Assembly (NCBI GenBank): GCA_937915825.1
Contig: CALGGT010000043.1
Span: 1 to 56,673, forward strand
Reading direction: 5' to 3'
Source: an uncultured Eubacterium sp.
Lineage (GTDB): Bacteria > Bacillota > Clostridia > Lachnospirales > Lachnospiraceae
DNA length: 56,673 nt
The position numbers and the translations under genes are program-made. Below are positions 27,403 through 40,700 of this stretch, piece by piece; the first letter of the stretch is position 1, and every line of letters begins with the position of its first letter. The notes under the pieces are model-generated. The model worked only from the letters and a program-made list of their open reading frames with translations. It had not been told where the DNA came from and searched no databases.

Positions 27403-29451
27403 ATGAATCAAGGAAAGATCAAAGGAACATTACGTGCCTATTTACTATGGCCCTTACTCTTATCCGCCCTGTTTTTGATCGCCAACGTGACGGTTTATTT
27501 TTTCAACGTCCGGGCCGGTCTGATCGTTAGCGGATTTTTTGCCGCGTACCTGATCGGCATCCTCGTAGTATTTTTCGTTCTGCGTAACCGTCTGCTTCAG
27601 GATCTGTTAGGCTATGCCATTGACTACAATCAAACCATGAAGGGACTCTGTTCTCAATTCCAGGAACCCTTGCTGATCACAGACGTTAACGGCAATTGCC
27701 TATGGTATAATCAGTTATTCCAGACCAAGTTTTTGGACAACAAGAAGGCGACGGCGCCTGTGGATTCCTATATTCCGGAATTAACCAATAATACGTATCC
27801 GGAGAAAATGGATAAGAATTCCGATGTTCATTTTGTTAAGGATGAAATTTATTACAATACAACCATTAAGAAGGTGCATATTAACCAGATTTCCGGTTCT
27901 GCTACCGCCTCTTCCACTCTTGGCATTGGAGAATATTTCTATCTATTTCTCTTCTCCGATGAAACCGAGATCGTTCATTACATCAGGGAGAATCAGGAAG
28001 AGCGCCTGGATATGGGATTTTTATACATTGATAACTACGATGAATCCCTGGATCCCTTAGATGAGGTTCGCCGGTCTCTTCTCGCCGCATTGATCGATCG
28101 GAAGATCAACAAATACATGTCCAAGCACGACGCGATTTCTAAGAAGCTGGAAAAAGACAAATACATCGTGTTCTTCCGCCATAAATATTTAAAACAAATG
28201 CAAGCGGATAAATTCTCCATCGTTGATGAGATCCGAAACATTGAGGTAAATGAAGGCAGTTCCATTACCATTAGTTTGGGAATTGCCGTATTAAATGATA
28301 TCTATTTAAAGAAACAGGAATACGCCCGAAGCGCCATTGATATCGCGTTGGCCCGCGGGGGAGATCAGGTGGTTGTCAAGACCAAGGATAATCTTCTCTA
28401 TTATGGCGGTAAGCGGATGCAGCAAGAGAAGAACACCCGGGTGAAAGCCCGTGTCAAGGCTCATGCTCTTCGAGAATCCATCTTGGCGGCCGATCAGGTT
28501 CTGATCATGGGACATCATCTACCGGATGTGGATGCCGTAGGAAGTGCCGTGGGCATTTACCGGATTGCTAAATCCCTGGAAAAACCGGCCCACATTATTG
28601 TTAATAACGTAACTTCTTCCCTGCGCCCGGCGATTCAGACCTTCACGGATAACGCCAATTATGAAGAGGATATGTTTATAAAAGGGGATCGGGCGAATGA
28701 GATTATGACCTCCGATACCCTGTTGGTAATCGTGGATGTAAACCGTCCTTCCTATACCGACGAACCTTCCCTGGTTACCAATGCGAAACATCTGGTGGTA
28801 CTGGATCACCACCGTCAAGGGGCCGAAACATTCGTGAATCCTACCCTCTCCTATGTAGAACCCTTTGCTTCTTCCGCTTGCGAGATGGTAGCGGAAATCC
28901 TGCAATACGTAGGGGACGAAGTTAAGATTACCGCTGCTGAGGCAGACATTCTGTATTCCGGTATCATGCTGGATACCAACAATTTTATGAACAAACCCGG
29001 CGTCCGTACCTTTGAAGCGGTTGCGTTTCTTCGCAGGAAGGGTGCCGATATTATGCGAATCCGTAAAATGTTCCGCTCCGATATCTCCGAATATAAGGTA
29101 CGGGCAGCTGCCATTCAGAATACGGAAATCTTCATGGATCACTATGCCATTTCCATTTGCAAGGGAGAAGAATTGGAATCCCCTACGATCGTGGCTTCCA
29201 AAATCGCGAATGAGCTCCTGGATGTGATTAACGTAAAGGCATCTTTTGTCCTGACGGAATTTAATGGCAAAGTATTTATCAGTGCCCGTTCCATTGACGA
29301 GGTGAATGTACAGCTGATCATGGAACGTTTGGGAGGTGGCGGTCATTTAAATTCTGCCGGAACACAGATTGATGGAATCACCTTACAAGACGCAGCCGGA
29401 CGTGTACGCAACACTCTACAACTAATGAAAGAAGCAGGTGACTTAGAATGA
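27403..29451 (+). CDS. gdpP: c-di-AMP phosphodiesterase GdpP/YybT (TM-PAS-degenerate GGDEF-DHH-DHHA1)
   Basis: Two TM helices, [28 protein letters not shown], in the rpsR-gdpP-rplI-dnaB order. Confidence 0.92.
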   Translation: MNQGKIKGTLRAYLLWPLLLSALFLIANVTVYFFNVRAGLIVSGFFAAYLIGILVVFFVLRNRLLQDLLGYAIDYNQTMKGLCSQFQEPLLITDVNGNCLWYNQLFQTKFLDNKKATAPVDSYIPELTNNTYPEKMDKNSDVHFVKDEIYYNTTIKKVHINQISGSATASSTLGIGEYFYLFLFSDETEIVHYIRENQEERLDMGFLYIDNYDESLDPLDEVRRSLLAALIDRKINKYMSKHDAISKKLEKDKYIVFFRHKYLKQMQADKFSIVDEIRNIEVNEGSSITISLGIAVLNDIYLKKQEYARSAIDIALARGGDQVVVKTKDNLLYYGGKRMQQEKNTRVKARVKAHALRESILAADQVLIMGHHLPDVDAVGSAVGIYRIAKSLEKPAHIIVNNVTSSLRPAIQTFTDNANYEEDMFIKGDRANEIMTSDTLLVIVDVNRPSYTDEPSLVTNAKHLVVLDHHRQGAETFVNPTLSYVEPFASSACEMVAEILQYVGDEVKITAAEADILYSGIMLDTNNFMNKPGVRTFEAVAFLRRKGADIMRIRKMFRSDISEYKVRAAAIQNTEIFMDHYAISICKGEELESPTIVASKIANELLDVINVKASFVLTEFNGKVFISARSIDEVNVQLIMERLGGGGHLNSAGTQIDGITLQDAAGRVRNTLQLMKEAGDLE

Positions 29452-29897
29452 AAGTAATTCTCTTAGAAGACGTTAAATCCCTTGGTAAGAAGGGGGAAAT
29501 CGTAAATGTAAATGACGGCTATGCCAGAAACTGTATTTTAAAGAAGAATTTAGGATTGGAAGCAACCAATAAAAATCTGAACGATTTAAAGCTTCGTAAG
29601 AAAAATGACGATAAGATCGCCGCTCAAAATCTTCAGGATGCCAAGGATTTAGCCGACAAGATCAAAGACTTAACCGTGGAGATCTCTATGAAAACAGGGA
29701 AAGATGGGCGTTCCTTCGGCTCGGTTTCCACCAAGGAAATCTCCCAATTGGCCAAAGAGCAATTCGGTCTGGATCTGGATAAGAAAAAAATGCAATTAAA
29801 AGAACCGATCAAGGCCTTGGGAACTTACCACGTTCCCATTAAACTTCACCCCAGTGTTACAGGGGAACTTACCGTACATGTGCGAGAAAAGGAGTAA
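29448..29897 (+). CDS. rplI: 50S ribosomal protein L9
   Basis: [26 protein letters not shown]. Confidence 0.97.
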   Translation: MKVILLEDVKSLGKKGEIVNVNDGYARNCILKKNLGLEATNKNLNDLKLRKKNDDKIAAQNLQDAKDLADKIKDLTVEISMKTGKDGRSFGSVSTKEISQLAKEQFGLDLDKKKMQLKEPIKALGTYHVPIKLHPSVTGELTVHVREKE

Positions 29898-29900
29898 CTC

Positions 29901-31250
29901 ATGGAGGAAGGAATTCGTCGAACTCTCCCCAATGATATGGAGGCGGAGCGTTCGGTTATCGGCGCGATTCTCATGGATGCCGATACCGTGGAATATGCCA
30001 TTGACCATTTACAGGCATCTGACTTCTACCACCCGGCATACCGTCAGATTTTTTCAGCCATGGTGGCCCTGAATCAGGAAATGTCGCCCATCGATATCAT
30101 TACCGTCCAAAACAAATTACGGGAAATGGATACACCGGAAGATCTGATCTCTTATCAATTCCTATCGGATATTTTCTCTTCGGTTATCACGTCTGCGAAT
30201 ATCAAACATCACATCCGCATTGTAAAAGATAAGTCCTTATTACGTAGTCTGATCCGCACCACGGAACAGGTGACCAACGAGTGCTATGAAGCCGCCGACA
30301 CCACGCAGGCGATTTTTGCTCATGCGGAAAAAAATATCTTTGACGCCCTGCAAGACCAGGGCAGCAGTGATTTTACTTCCATTACCGACCTATCTTTGGA
30401 AGCCTTAAAAGAAATTCAGAAAACGGCGGAAAATCCGGGAAAACTCACCGGTCTTTCCACTGGTTTTATTGACTTAAACGGGATGACTGGCGGACTTCAG
30501 CCCTCCAACCTGGTATTGATCGCCGCCCGCCCTTCCATGGGAAAAACCGCATTGGCGCTAAATATCGCGGACGCGGTTTCCGTGCGCGGGAATCATACAA
30601 CCGCTATTTTCAGCCTGGAGATGGCCGCCTCTGAGGTAGTAAAAAGAATGATCTCCACCAACGCGAAGGTGGATGCCGTCTCCATCCGCGACGGGAATTT
30701 ACAGCAAAAACAATGGGAAGACCTAACAGACAGTGTGATTCAGATCGGTGATTCTTCCCTTTTTATTGACGATACCGCCGGAATCAGCATTTCCAAAATG
30801 CGTTCCAAATGTCGAAAGCTGAAATTGGAAAAAGGGCTGGATCTGATCATCATCGATTACCTGCAGCTCATGAGTTCCGATGAAAAACGAGTGGAATCAA
30901 GGCAGAATGAGATCAGTAATATTTCCCGTTCCTTAAAAGCCTTAGCCCGGGAAATGAATTGTCCGGTCATTGCCCTCTCTCAGCTTAGTCGATCCGTTGA
31001 GACCAGGAAGGGAGACAATCACAGACCGATCCTTTCTGACCTCCGTGAGTCCGGTGCCATCGAACAGGATGCCGATGTCGTTATGATGATCTACCGCGAC
31101 GATTATTATAACAAAGATTCGGAAGAAAAAGGCATTGCCGAGATCATTATCGCCAAGCAGCGTAACGGCCCGGTGGGCACCGTCAAACTAAAATGGGAGC
31201 CCAGACATACCCGCTTTTATAATTTAGAAAAAAAAGAATATCATCCGTAA
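29901..31250 (+). CDS. dnaB: Replicative DNA helicase
   Basis: ARPSMGKT, IDYLQL, LSQLSR, DLRESGAIEQDAD, KQRNGP. Confidence 0.97.
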   Translation: MEEGIRRTLPNDMEAERSVIGAILMDADTVEYAIDHLQASDFYHPAYRQIFSAMVALNQEMSPIDIITVQNKLREMDTPEDLISYQFLSDIFSSVITSANIKHHIRIVKDKSLLRSLIRTTEQVTNECYEAADTTQAIFAHAEKNIFDALQDQGSSDFTSITDLSLEALKEIQKTAENPGKLTGLSTGFIDLNGMTGGLQPSNLVLIAARPSMGKTALALNIADAVSVRGNHTTAIFSLEMAASEVVKRMISTNAKVDAVSIRDGNLQQKQWEDLTDSVIQIGDSSLFIDDTAGISISKMRSKCRKLKLEKGLDLIIIDYLQLMSSDEKRVESRQNEISNISRSLKALAREMNCPVIALSQLSRSVETRKGDNHRPILSDLRESGAIEQDADVVMMIYRDDYYNKDSEEKGIAEIIIAKQRNGPVGTVKLKWEPRHTRFYNLEKKEYHP

Positions 31251-31478
31251 TTTTGACACATTTTTTCGTTATATTTATTTAAGAAATAAGGAAGGCATAT
31301 CACAATCCCCTAAAAATCGCAATTTATCGTACTTTAACAGATTCTGAAAGTTTCATATTTTCCTAATTTGTTGCTTGCTTTTTTTTGGTGAAAATGATAT
31401 AATGTTCCTACAGTGTTGCTTTTCGCATTGTTAATATTTACCAATGCGAACATAAAAAATAAAGGAGGAAGAATTTTT

Positions 31479-32417
31479 ATGTTCTCACAAGTATGTAAGA
31501 AAATCATGGCGACGACTCTTGCGGTTGCTATGGTTGCATCTGCTGCAAGTGTCATTAGCACTGCAGACACTGCTTCTGCTGCAAAAGCAAAGTTAAGCAA
31601 GACAAAAGTAACTATCAGTATGGGCGAAGGCATGAAATTAAAAGCCAGCGCAAAAGCGAAATGGTCCACCAGTGACAAACTTGTTGTTTCCATCAACAAG
31701 AAAAAAGGTAAGTCCGTTAAGATCAAAGGAATCAAAAAAGGTTCTGCTACGATTACCGCAAAGATCGGTTCTGAGACCAAAACTTGTAAAGTAACCGTAG
31801 GCAGCGCTAAGTCCGGTAAGGTCATTTATGATCTTGCTAAGGAGACCGGATCTAACTCTGAAACCGGTGAATCCTATGCACCTCCTGTTAAATGTCCTTA
31901 CAGCGAATTCAAATACAGCTCTTTCCGTATTTGGTTATGTCAGGCTTCTTTGTATGATCCTGCTAACTCCGATGTAACGGATTATCGTGGAGTTAAATTG
32001 AATTTCATGGTGAAATTAAAGAACAGCGGTAAACATGACTTGGCTGAGTTAGGCTTCTGCTTGAACTACACCAAGGGTGGTACAGACGGTTCTTATCCTT
32101 TCGTTTATCATGTCATTGATAAGAAACTTCGTGCTAAGATTGCTAAGAAAGCAAATAAAAAATGGAGCTTGGCTACGGTTAAGAAAGATAAGCAGCATAG
32201 ACATTGTACCGTTAAAGCTGGTACCGTTAAGAAAGGTAAGACTTACACATTTAAGTTCTCTTACACCATTCCCAGCGATGCTATGAACGGTGACAAGGAT
32301 CCTGATACAGGAATCAACTATCCGATCATGTTCTATATCCCGAACTTGAAGGATAACTGTCCTTATACTACTGGTGATGAAATTACAGTTCAAAAATGTA
32401 AGATCTCTGTAGCATAA
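31479..32417 (+). CDS. Secreted Lys-rich protein with a Big_2 Ig-like domain and an unassigned C-terminal beta-rich domain
   Basis: Signal peptide ending ASA, KWSTSDKLVVSI...GSATITAKIG Big_2 pattern, AAGGAGG RBS. Confidence 0.8.
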   Translation: MFSQVCKKIMATTLAVAMVASAASVISTADTASAAKAKLSKTKVTISMGEGMKLKASAKAKWSTSDKLVVSINKKKGKSVKIKGIKKGSATITAKIGSETKTCKVTVGSAKSGKVIYDLAKETGSNSETGESYAPPVKCPYSEFKYSSFRIWLCQASLYDPANSDVTDYRGVKLNFMVKLKNSGKHDLAELGFCLNYTKGGTDGSYPFVYHVIDKKLRAKIAKKANKKWSLATVKKDKQHRHCTVKAGTVKKGKTYTFKFSYTIPSDAMNGDKDPDTGINYPIMFYIPNLKDNCPYTTGDEITVQKCKISVA

Positions 32418-32442
32418 TCAAAAAGGATTTAGAAAGAAATTT

Positions 32443-32479
32443 AAAAGGATGTCCTTTCTATAGAAAGGGCATCCTTTTT
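32443..32479. terminator. Bidirectional terminator between the secreted-protein gene and dnaJ
   Basis: AAAAGGATGTCCTTTCTA/TAGAAAGGGCATCCTTTTT inverted repeat. Confidence 0.85.
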
Positions 32480-32488
32480 GATGATAAT

Positions 32489-32568
32489 GTTGCAATTCAC
32501 AACCTGCATGATGTTGCGATTTACAGCCAGCATGGCGCAACCGCACCGGTTGACCGCTGTTGGCTGCA
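32489..32568. repeat. Degenerate fragment of the dispersed element with a duplicated end motif
   Basis: GTTGCAATTCACAACCTGCATG then GTTGCGATTTACAGCCAGCATGG...CGCACCGGTTGACCGCT, aligning with 10875-10920. Confidence 0.7.
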
Positions 32569-32572
32569 TTTT

Positions 32573-33706
32573 TTACAACCCTAGTTTTTTCTTCTTCTTT
32601 CCATCCAAACTTTCCTGGAATTCCTGAAGCTTTTTCTTCTGATCTCTGGACAGCCCTTTGGGCACATCCACTTCTAAGGTCACATAATGGTTTCCCCGAT
32701 ATTTTCTTTGCAATACCGGCATTCCCTTTCCTTTTAATCGAACGGTGCTGCCGCTTTGGGTTCCGGCCTTTACGGTATAAGCTACCTTACCGTCAATCGT
32801 AGGAACCTCAATCTCCCCGCCCAGAACTGCAGTCGCGTAAGGAATACGCTCGGTGGAATAGATATCATCCCCTTCTCTCTGGAAGTGATCATTCCGCTTG
32901 ATCAATACAACGACGGACAAATCTCCTCTGGGACCGCCATTTAATCCGGGTTCTCCCTTTCCGCGAATTCGAATGCTCTGTCCATGATGGATCCCGGGCG
33001 GAATGGTTACCACGCAATTTACATTCTTCTTAACAAAGCCCTCGCCCCGACAATCCGAGCACTTCTCACGAAGGATGGTACCCTTTCCTTTACAGTCGGG
33101 ACAGGTGCTGATATTCTGTATCGTTCCCAAAAAGGTTTTCTGAGTGGTGTAGACCTGACCTTTGCCACCACAGGTAGAACAGGTCTCCGGCTTGGTCCCA
33201 GGCTTTGCTCCGGAGCCGTTACAGGTGGAACAGGGTTCCTTCAAAGGAAGCGTCATTTCCTTATCCATTCCTGTACAAGCTTCTTCCAATGTGATTTCCA
33301 CCCGGGTTTCCACGTTGGCACCTCGCATGGGTGCATTCGGGTCTCTTCTTCTGCCTCCGCCGAAAATATCACCAAAGCCGCCAAAGCCGCCAAAACCGCC
33401 GCCACCACCGAAGATGTCGCCGAAAATATCAGAAAAGTCCATACCGGAGAAATCAAAGCCGCCACCGCCGGCACCTCCCTCAAAGGCAGAATGTCCGAAC
33501 TGGTCATATTGACGACGTTTTTCCGCATCACTTAAGACCGCATAAGCCTCCGATGCTTCTTTGAATTTTATTTCCGCTTCCTTATCTCCAGGGTTTACGT
33601 CCGGGTGATATTTCTTTGCGAGATTTCTATATGCTTTTTTTATTTCCGCGTCGTCTGCGTCTTTCCCGACGCCCAGGACTTCATAGTAATCTCTCTTATC
33701 AGCCAT
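32573..33706 (-). CDS. dnaJ: Chaperone DnaJ
   Basis: J domain HPD, G/F-rich region, four CxxCxGxG repeats. Confidence 0.97.
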   Translation of the reverse strand: MADKRDYYEVLGVGKDADDAEIKKAYRNLAKKYHPDVNPGDKEAEIKFKEASEAYAVLSDAEKRRQYDQFGHSAFEGGAGGGGFDFSGMDFSDIFGDIFGGGGGFGGFGGFGDIFGGGRRRDPNAPMRGANVETRVEITLEEACTGMDKEMTLPLKEPCSTCNGSGAKPGTKPETCSTCGGKGQVYTTQKTFLGTIQNISTCPDCKGKGTILREKCSDCRGEGFVKKNVNCVVTIPPGIHHGQSIRIRGKGEPGLNGGPRGDLSVVVLIKRNDHFQREGDDIYSTERIPYATAVLGGEIEVPTIDGKVAYTVKAGTQSGSTVRLKGKGMPVLQRKYRGNHYVTLEVDVPKGLSRDQKKKLQEFQESLDGKKKKKLGL

Positions 33707-33778
33707 TTTATCCTCCAATTCCGTATAAGGGCTCCAGATTTACACCTGGAGCCCCAAACTTCCCATCTTGATCATCAA

Positions 33779-35707
<1,929 letters not shown>

Positions 35708-35747
35708 TCACAAAATGTTTTTCTCTTTTTCGATTACTTTTGATCTA

Positions 35748-36446
35748 TTAATTAACAACCTTTACCATGGAATGCCGTACCACCGTATCGTGATACCTAT
35801 ACCCTTTTTGGAATTCTTCCACGACCAGGTTGGCGCCCTGCTCCTCGTCTTCCTCATGCATCACCGCATTATGAAGATTCGGATCAAATTCTTTGCCAAC
35901 GGCTTCAATGGGGGTAACCCCTAGCTCTTCCAGGGAATCGGTCATTTGCTTATACACCGCTGCCATTCCCGTTACAAATCCGCTTCCTTTCTCCTCTTCC
36001 GGGATCATTTCCAGACCCCGTTCAAAGTTATCTACCACCGGCAATAATTTCTCGATCACCGACTTCGCTCCCATTTCAAACATCCCGGCCTTTTCTTTTT
36101 CCGAGCGATTGCGGAAATTCTCAAACTCCGCCATATTCCGAAGCAGGCGATCCTCCAACTCCTGAATCTTTGTATCCTTCTTATCCTTCTTATTTTTCTT
36201 ATCTTTCTTGTCTTTCTTATCCTTTGAATCCTTCTCCCCGGATGTCTGATCCCTGACGTCCTCTCCCTCTTCTTCGGTCTCCTGAGATACTTCTCCTTCG
36301 GTCTTCCGGGTCACATCCTCGTTCGTCTCCGGAACCGCTTCCTCTTCCACATCCCGGATCGGATCGCTTCCCGAAACTTCTTGTCCAGCCATTTCCTCCG
36401 GATCCTGTATTTCCACTTTTTCCTGTTCTTTGTTTTCCTCAACCAT
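35748..36446 (-). CDS. grpE: Nucleotide exchange factor GrpE
   Basis: AEFENFR, LLPVVDNFERG, FDPNLHNAV, QKGY. Confidence 0.96.
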   Translation of the reverse strand: MVEENKEQEKVEIQDPEEMAGQEVSGSDPIRDVEEEAVPETNEDVTRKTEGEVSQETEEEGEDVRDQTSGEKDSKDKKDKKDKKNKKDKKDTKIQELEDRLLRNMAEFENFRNRSEKEKAGMFEMGAKSVIEKLLPVVDNFERGLEMIPEEEKGSGFVTGMAAVYKQMTDSLEELGVTPIEAVGKEFDPNLHNAVMHEEDEEQGANLVVEEFQKGYRYHDTVVRHSMVKVVN

Positions 36447-36461
36447 GACTTATGATCCTTT

Positions 36462-37541
36462 CTACTTCTTTTTTTCAATCTGCTTGGGAGCTTCTTTAAA
36501 AATATCATCCAACTGCTGCATACAGCTCTCCAGGGTTGATACGACTTTTTTATAATTCATTCGTTTCGGACCAACGATTCCAATCTTTCCATAAACCCCC
36601 TCGCGGATCCGATAGGTCCCGGTTACCACCGAGCAGTCCTTCATGGATTCAATGGGGGATTCGTCACCGATATATACCTGAATCTCATGTTCCTCTCCAT
36701 TCACGTCCATATAATCGTCATTCACCCATGCCTGCAATTTTTGTTTTTCCTCAAACGTGGTAAGAAGGGAAGCCATCTTCTCTTTGTCACTCAACTCGGG
36801 ATATTTTAAAATATTGGTAGCCCCGGATGTATAAATCTCCGACGTATCTTCCGCGCTAAGAGCCTCACCAATGGACTCTAACACACTCCCCGCCAGATCT
36901 CCATATTCACCGGCTTTATCCCGGATCTGCTGCATGATCTGCAGATTGATCTCCGTAACATCCAGTCCATTCAACGCCGCGTTAATAATGAAATTCAATT
37001 GAGCGATCACATTGTCATCCACCGATTCTTCCAGGGAAATGATCCGGTTGGTTACGTGATTGTTATCCAGTACCAAGATCATTAAGACCTGGGCATCCGA
37101 CATGGGATTTAACTGAATAAACTTAATCTTTTTATGCTTATATTTGGGCTTGCTGACCATGGTGGTGTAGTTGGTATTCTCTGCCAAAAGCTTCGCCAGC
37201 CTCTGAAGCATCTGATCCATTTGATCGATCTGATCCGACCGGTCGATCAAAACCTGGTCGGAATCCTCCTCATTCGACTTGGAATTCTCTTCTCGATTCT
37301 CAAGCAGCTCATTGACATACATACGATAAGCAAGATCGGAAGGAATTCGCCCCGCCGAAGCATGGGGCTGTAAGATATATCCCATTTCTTCCAGGTCGGC
37401 CATTTCATTCCGGATCGTCGCCGAGCTTAGATTCAGATCCGTATATTTGGAAACAGTTCTGGACCCTACCGGCTCTCCGGTTTCAATATAGGTACGAAGG
37501 ATTGCTTCCAGAATCTTCTTTTTTCTCTCATCTAATTCCAC
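36462..37541 (-). CDS. hrcA: Heat-inducible repressor HrcA
   Basis: EPVGSR, SSATIRNEMADLE, HASAGRIP, GPKRMNY. GTG start inferred from an AGGAG RBS. Confidence 0.94.
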   Translation of the reverse strand: MELDERKKKILEAILRTYIETGEPVGSRTVSKYTDLNLSSATIRNEMADLEEMGYILQPHASAGRIPSDLAYRMYVNELLENREENSKSNEEDSDQVLIDRSDQIDQMDQMLQRLAKLLAENTNYTTMVSKPKYKHKKIKFIQLNPMSDAQVLMILVLDNNHVTNRIISLEESVDDNVIAQLNFIINAALNGLDVTEINLQIMQQIRDKAGEYGDLAGSVLESIGEALSAEDTSEIYTSGATNILKYPELSDKEKMASLLTTFEEKQKLQAWVNDDYMDVNGEEHEIQVYIGDESPIESMKDCSVVTGTYRIREGVYGKIGIVGPKRMNYKKVVSTLESCMQQLDDIFKEAPKQIEKKK

Positions 37542-37578
37542 ACAAACACTCCTCTCCATCCGGTGTGTTTCCCATTTA

Positions 37579-37605
37579 TTAGCACTCATCCATCACGAGT
37601 GCTAA
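37579..37605. promoter_or_regulatory. CIRCE operator
   Basis: Perfect TTAGCACTC-N9-GAGTGCTAA upstream of hrcA. Confidence 0.97.
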
Positions 37606-37619
37606 TATCATCTAACATA

Positions 37620-37648
37620 AAGATAACACCCCTGACAACAATTGTCAA
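37620..37648 (-). promoter_or_regulatory. hrcA promoter overlapping a hairpin (probable terminator of the upstream LRR gene)
   Basis: TTGACA-17 bp-TATCTT lies inside the inverted repeat AACACCCTTGACAA...TTGTCAGGGGTGTT. Confidence 0.7.
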
Positions 37649-37677
37649 GGGTGTTTTTTAAAAAAGAGTAAAATTCC

Positions 37678-37752
37678 GTTATAATTCACCGTCGATTTGA
37701 TTAGACATTGCTGAAAAGCTTGCTTTTCAATGGGATGTCATGTCCGATCAAC
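37678..37752. repeat. Decayed copy of the terminal hairpin domain of the dispersed element
   Basis: GTTATAATTCACCGTCGATTTGATTAGACATTGCTGAAAAGCTTGCTTTTCAATGGGATGTCATGTCCGATCAAC aligns without gaps to the reverse complement of 25952-26026. Confidence 0.75.
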
Positions 37753-40700
37753 TTACTTCACTTTAATCTTAATGGTCTTCTTCTTACCGTTATCCGTTGA
37801 AGCAGTAATCTTAACCTTTCCTTTGGCTACCGCGGTTACCACGCCATATCCGTCAACGTTCGCAACCGAACCATTGGAAGTTGCCCAGGTGATCGTAGAT
37901 GTCGCAGCTGCCGGTTTGAATTTTGCCAATAAGCAAAGGGTCTTCCCGACTTTCACTTTCTTCTTACCTTTGATCTTAACCTTCTTGGCTTTCTTATTCT
38001 TCTTAACAACTTTAACGGTAATCTTCTTGGTCAACCGTTTATGATCTCCGTTATAGGCGGTTAATAATACTTTAAATTTTCCGGGCTTCTTAGCCGTGAC
38101 CAATCCTTCCGGCGTAACAGATCCTTTCTTGTTTTTCTTTGCTGAGAATTGGAAGGTGTCCGTTGTATCATTCAGATTGGTGGCAAACTTGGACAGTTGC
38201 ACACTGGTGCCCTTCTTTACAATGACCTTCTTGGTATTACCGGTCGGAGCTTTAATACTTAATTTCTTAACCGGCTCCGTTACCTTCACACTGCAGGAAG
38301 CGGTTTTTCCGGAAATCGTATCCTTCGCTGTAATGTTACAGCTTCCTTTGGCAACAGCCGTAATGGTTCCGTCCGCTGCTACCTTAGCTACCTGATCATT
38401 GTTGGTGGAATATTCAAGGTTTGTCTTCACGCCTGCAGGCTCGCTGCTCGCCGTTACCTTCTTCGTCTTTCCAACATCCAGGGATACCTCTTGATCGGAT
38501 AACGTAAGTCCGGTAGCCTTCATATAAACCTCCACGTCCACCACTTGCTTCTTATTACCACCCTGAATGGTTAACGTCGTAGTTCCGGCTCCTACCGGTT
38601 CAATGGTTACCGAAGCTTTCCCGTTATCCATGGAAGTTCTCTTCGAGACTTTAATAACCGATTCATCTCCCACCGTGTATTCTAAAAAGTCGGTGGTAGG
38701 ATAAGGTAAATATTCAACATTGAATGTAATATAAGCGGTCTTATCCTTATCGATGGAAATCTTATTGGCACCGTTTGCATATTCCAAACCATTGGCTTTT
38801 ACTTCGATGGAATCAATCGGTGTTTTCTCCTGGAGCACAGCTACGGTACAGGTTGCGGTTCTTCCGGAAGCAACTGCCTTGGCCGTAATATTTACGGTGC
38901 CGCTTCCATGAGCCGTGATCGTGCCGGTAACCGGATCCACGGTTGCAATGTCTTCATCACTGGAAGAATAAAGCACCTGATCCTTGTAGGCCGGATTCAC
39001 ATTGTCGTATTTTGAATCAAAACCTAAATTTGCAGTTAAGGTCGCCTGATCCCCGGAAGCCAAACCTAACTTGGTATCGGACAGTTCAATCTTATTGGCA
39101 GGAGCCAAAACACGAACTTCCAATTTATTCTGAACATTTTCGCCATAGCTTGCAACCAGATTGGTAATTCCCGGATTTACCGGTTTTACCGTTACGGTAC
39201 TGGTTGCCTGGTCTGTATTTACCTCCGGGTCACTGACCGTTGCTGCGTTTTCATCTTCTACCGTCCAGCTGATGATGTCCGTCGTATTCTTCGGTCCGTA
39301 TTTGGCTTGAATTCTTTCACCATTGGTACTTTCACTATTCATATAAAGGATGGAATCCACAATACGGGAATTGTTCATGGTAAACTCATCAATGGGCAAC
39401 TCATCCACTTTCACGGAATAGTTTTGTGAGATCGAAACTCTCAGATCTAATTTGTTTAAATCATGCAAGTATACAGAGCCGGTTACCGTGAGGTCTACAT
39501 CCCCCTTTTCTTTTCCGTAAAGAACCAGGTTGTTGGTCTCCCAGGTAATTCCCATACGGTACAATTCTCTTAATTCCTTAAATTGGCTTTCACTTAACAC
39601 TTTCACATAGCGATTGGAATCCATCTCTACGATATTCGCGGCATTTTGAATGTCCTCTTTATCGGTTAAAGACATGGATACCAAGGCCGGTTCAAATTTG
39701 GTAAAGCAATAGAACGGAAGCTTGGTTGCCTGATCGAATACCACTGTAGCTGTATCGTTGGGCTTGGAAGCAATTAAGGATAATCCATTCTCACGTCCGC
39801 AATAACCAGAGAACAACGTCTTCGCCCAAACAGCCGTTACCGGTAAGGTAATGTTGGTTAACTGAATACAATCTTTAAATGCATTATCACCAATGCCAGC
39901 CACTTCCTCCGAATCATAGCCCCAGGAAAAGGTTCGCAAATTGGAACAGGATTCACAAAGATTATTCTTCAATTGGGTCACCGTCTTGGGTATGGTTAAG
40001 TTGTTCACGTTACTTCTTGCAAATGCGCTGTCCCCGATTTCGGTCAGGCTCGTTGCGGATGTAGTATCCACTTTGGTCAGACCGGAGAAGGTTTTGCAAA
40101 TATTATCTTCCTTGTTCGCCGTAGTATTCTGGCTGGTTCCATAGAAAGCAGCGTTTCCAATGGTCTCCAGATTGGAGTTCACCGACAGTCCATACATCGA
40201 TTTACAACCATTGAACGCGTTGGCTCCGATGGTCGTTAATTGGGAAGGAAGGATGAAATCTTTTCCGTTATTGAACGTATCCAGATTGTAGCATCCATAA
40301 AATGCACTCTCTCCAATGCTTTCAACCTGATCGGTCAGATTCAATTCCTTCAGCCCGGTAAACGTAACCTTTTCCGGGTTGTAAACGCCATCCCCGTCCA
40401 CATTGTCCTGACCCTTGTTGAAACTATCATTGTATTCGTGACCTTCATTGTAGTTTTTTGAATACCATCCACACTCGGCACACATGTATTTGGGAATTTC
40501 TTTTAATCCCGTTCCAATGGTCATAGACTCCATCGTCTTATTATTATAGAATGCATAATCCCCAATGGACCAGGTGGAATCCGGAATGATCACTTTCTGA
40601 ATTCCGCCATTCGGAAAACCATTAATGGTAAGACCATAATCCTTGGTTGTCTTATATTTCGGATCTTCACCCACATCCGTGGAAAAACTAGATGCCTCAG

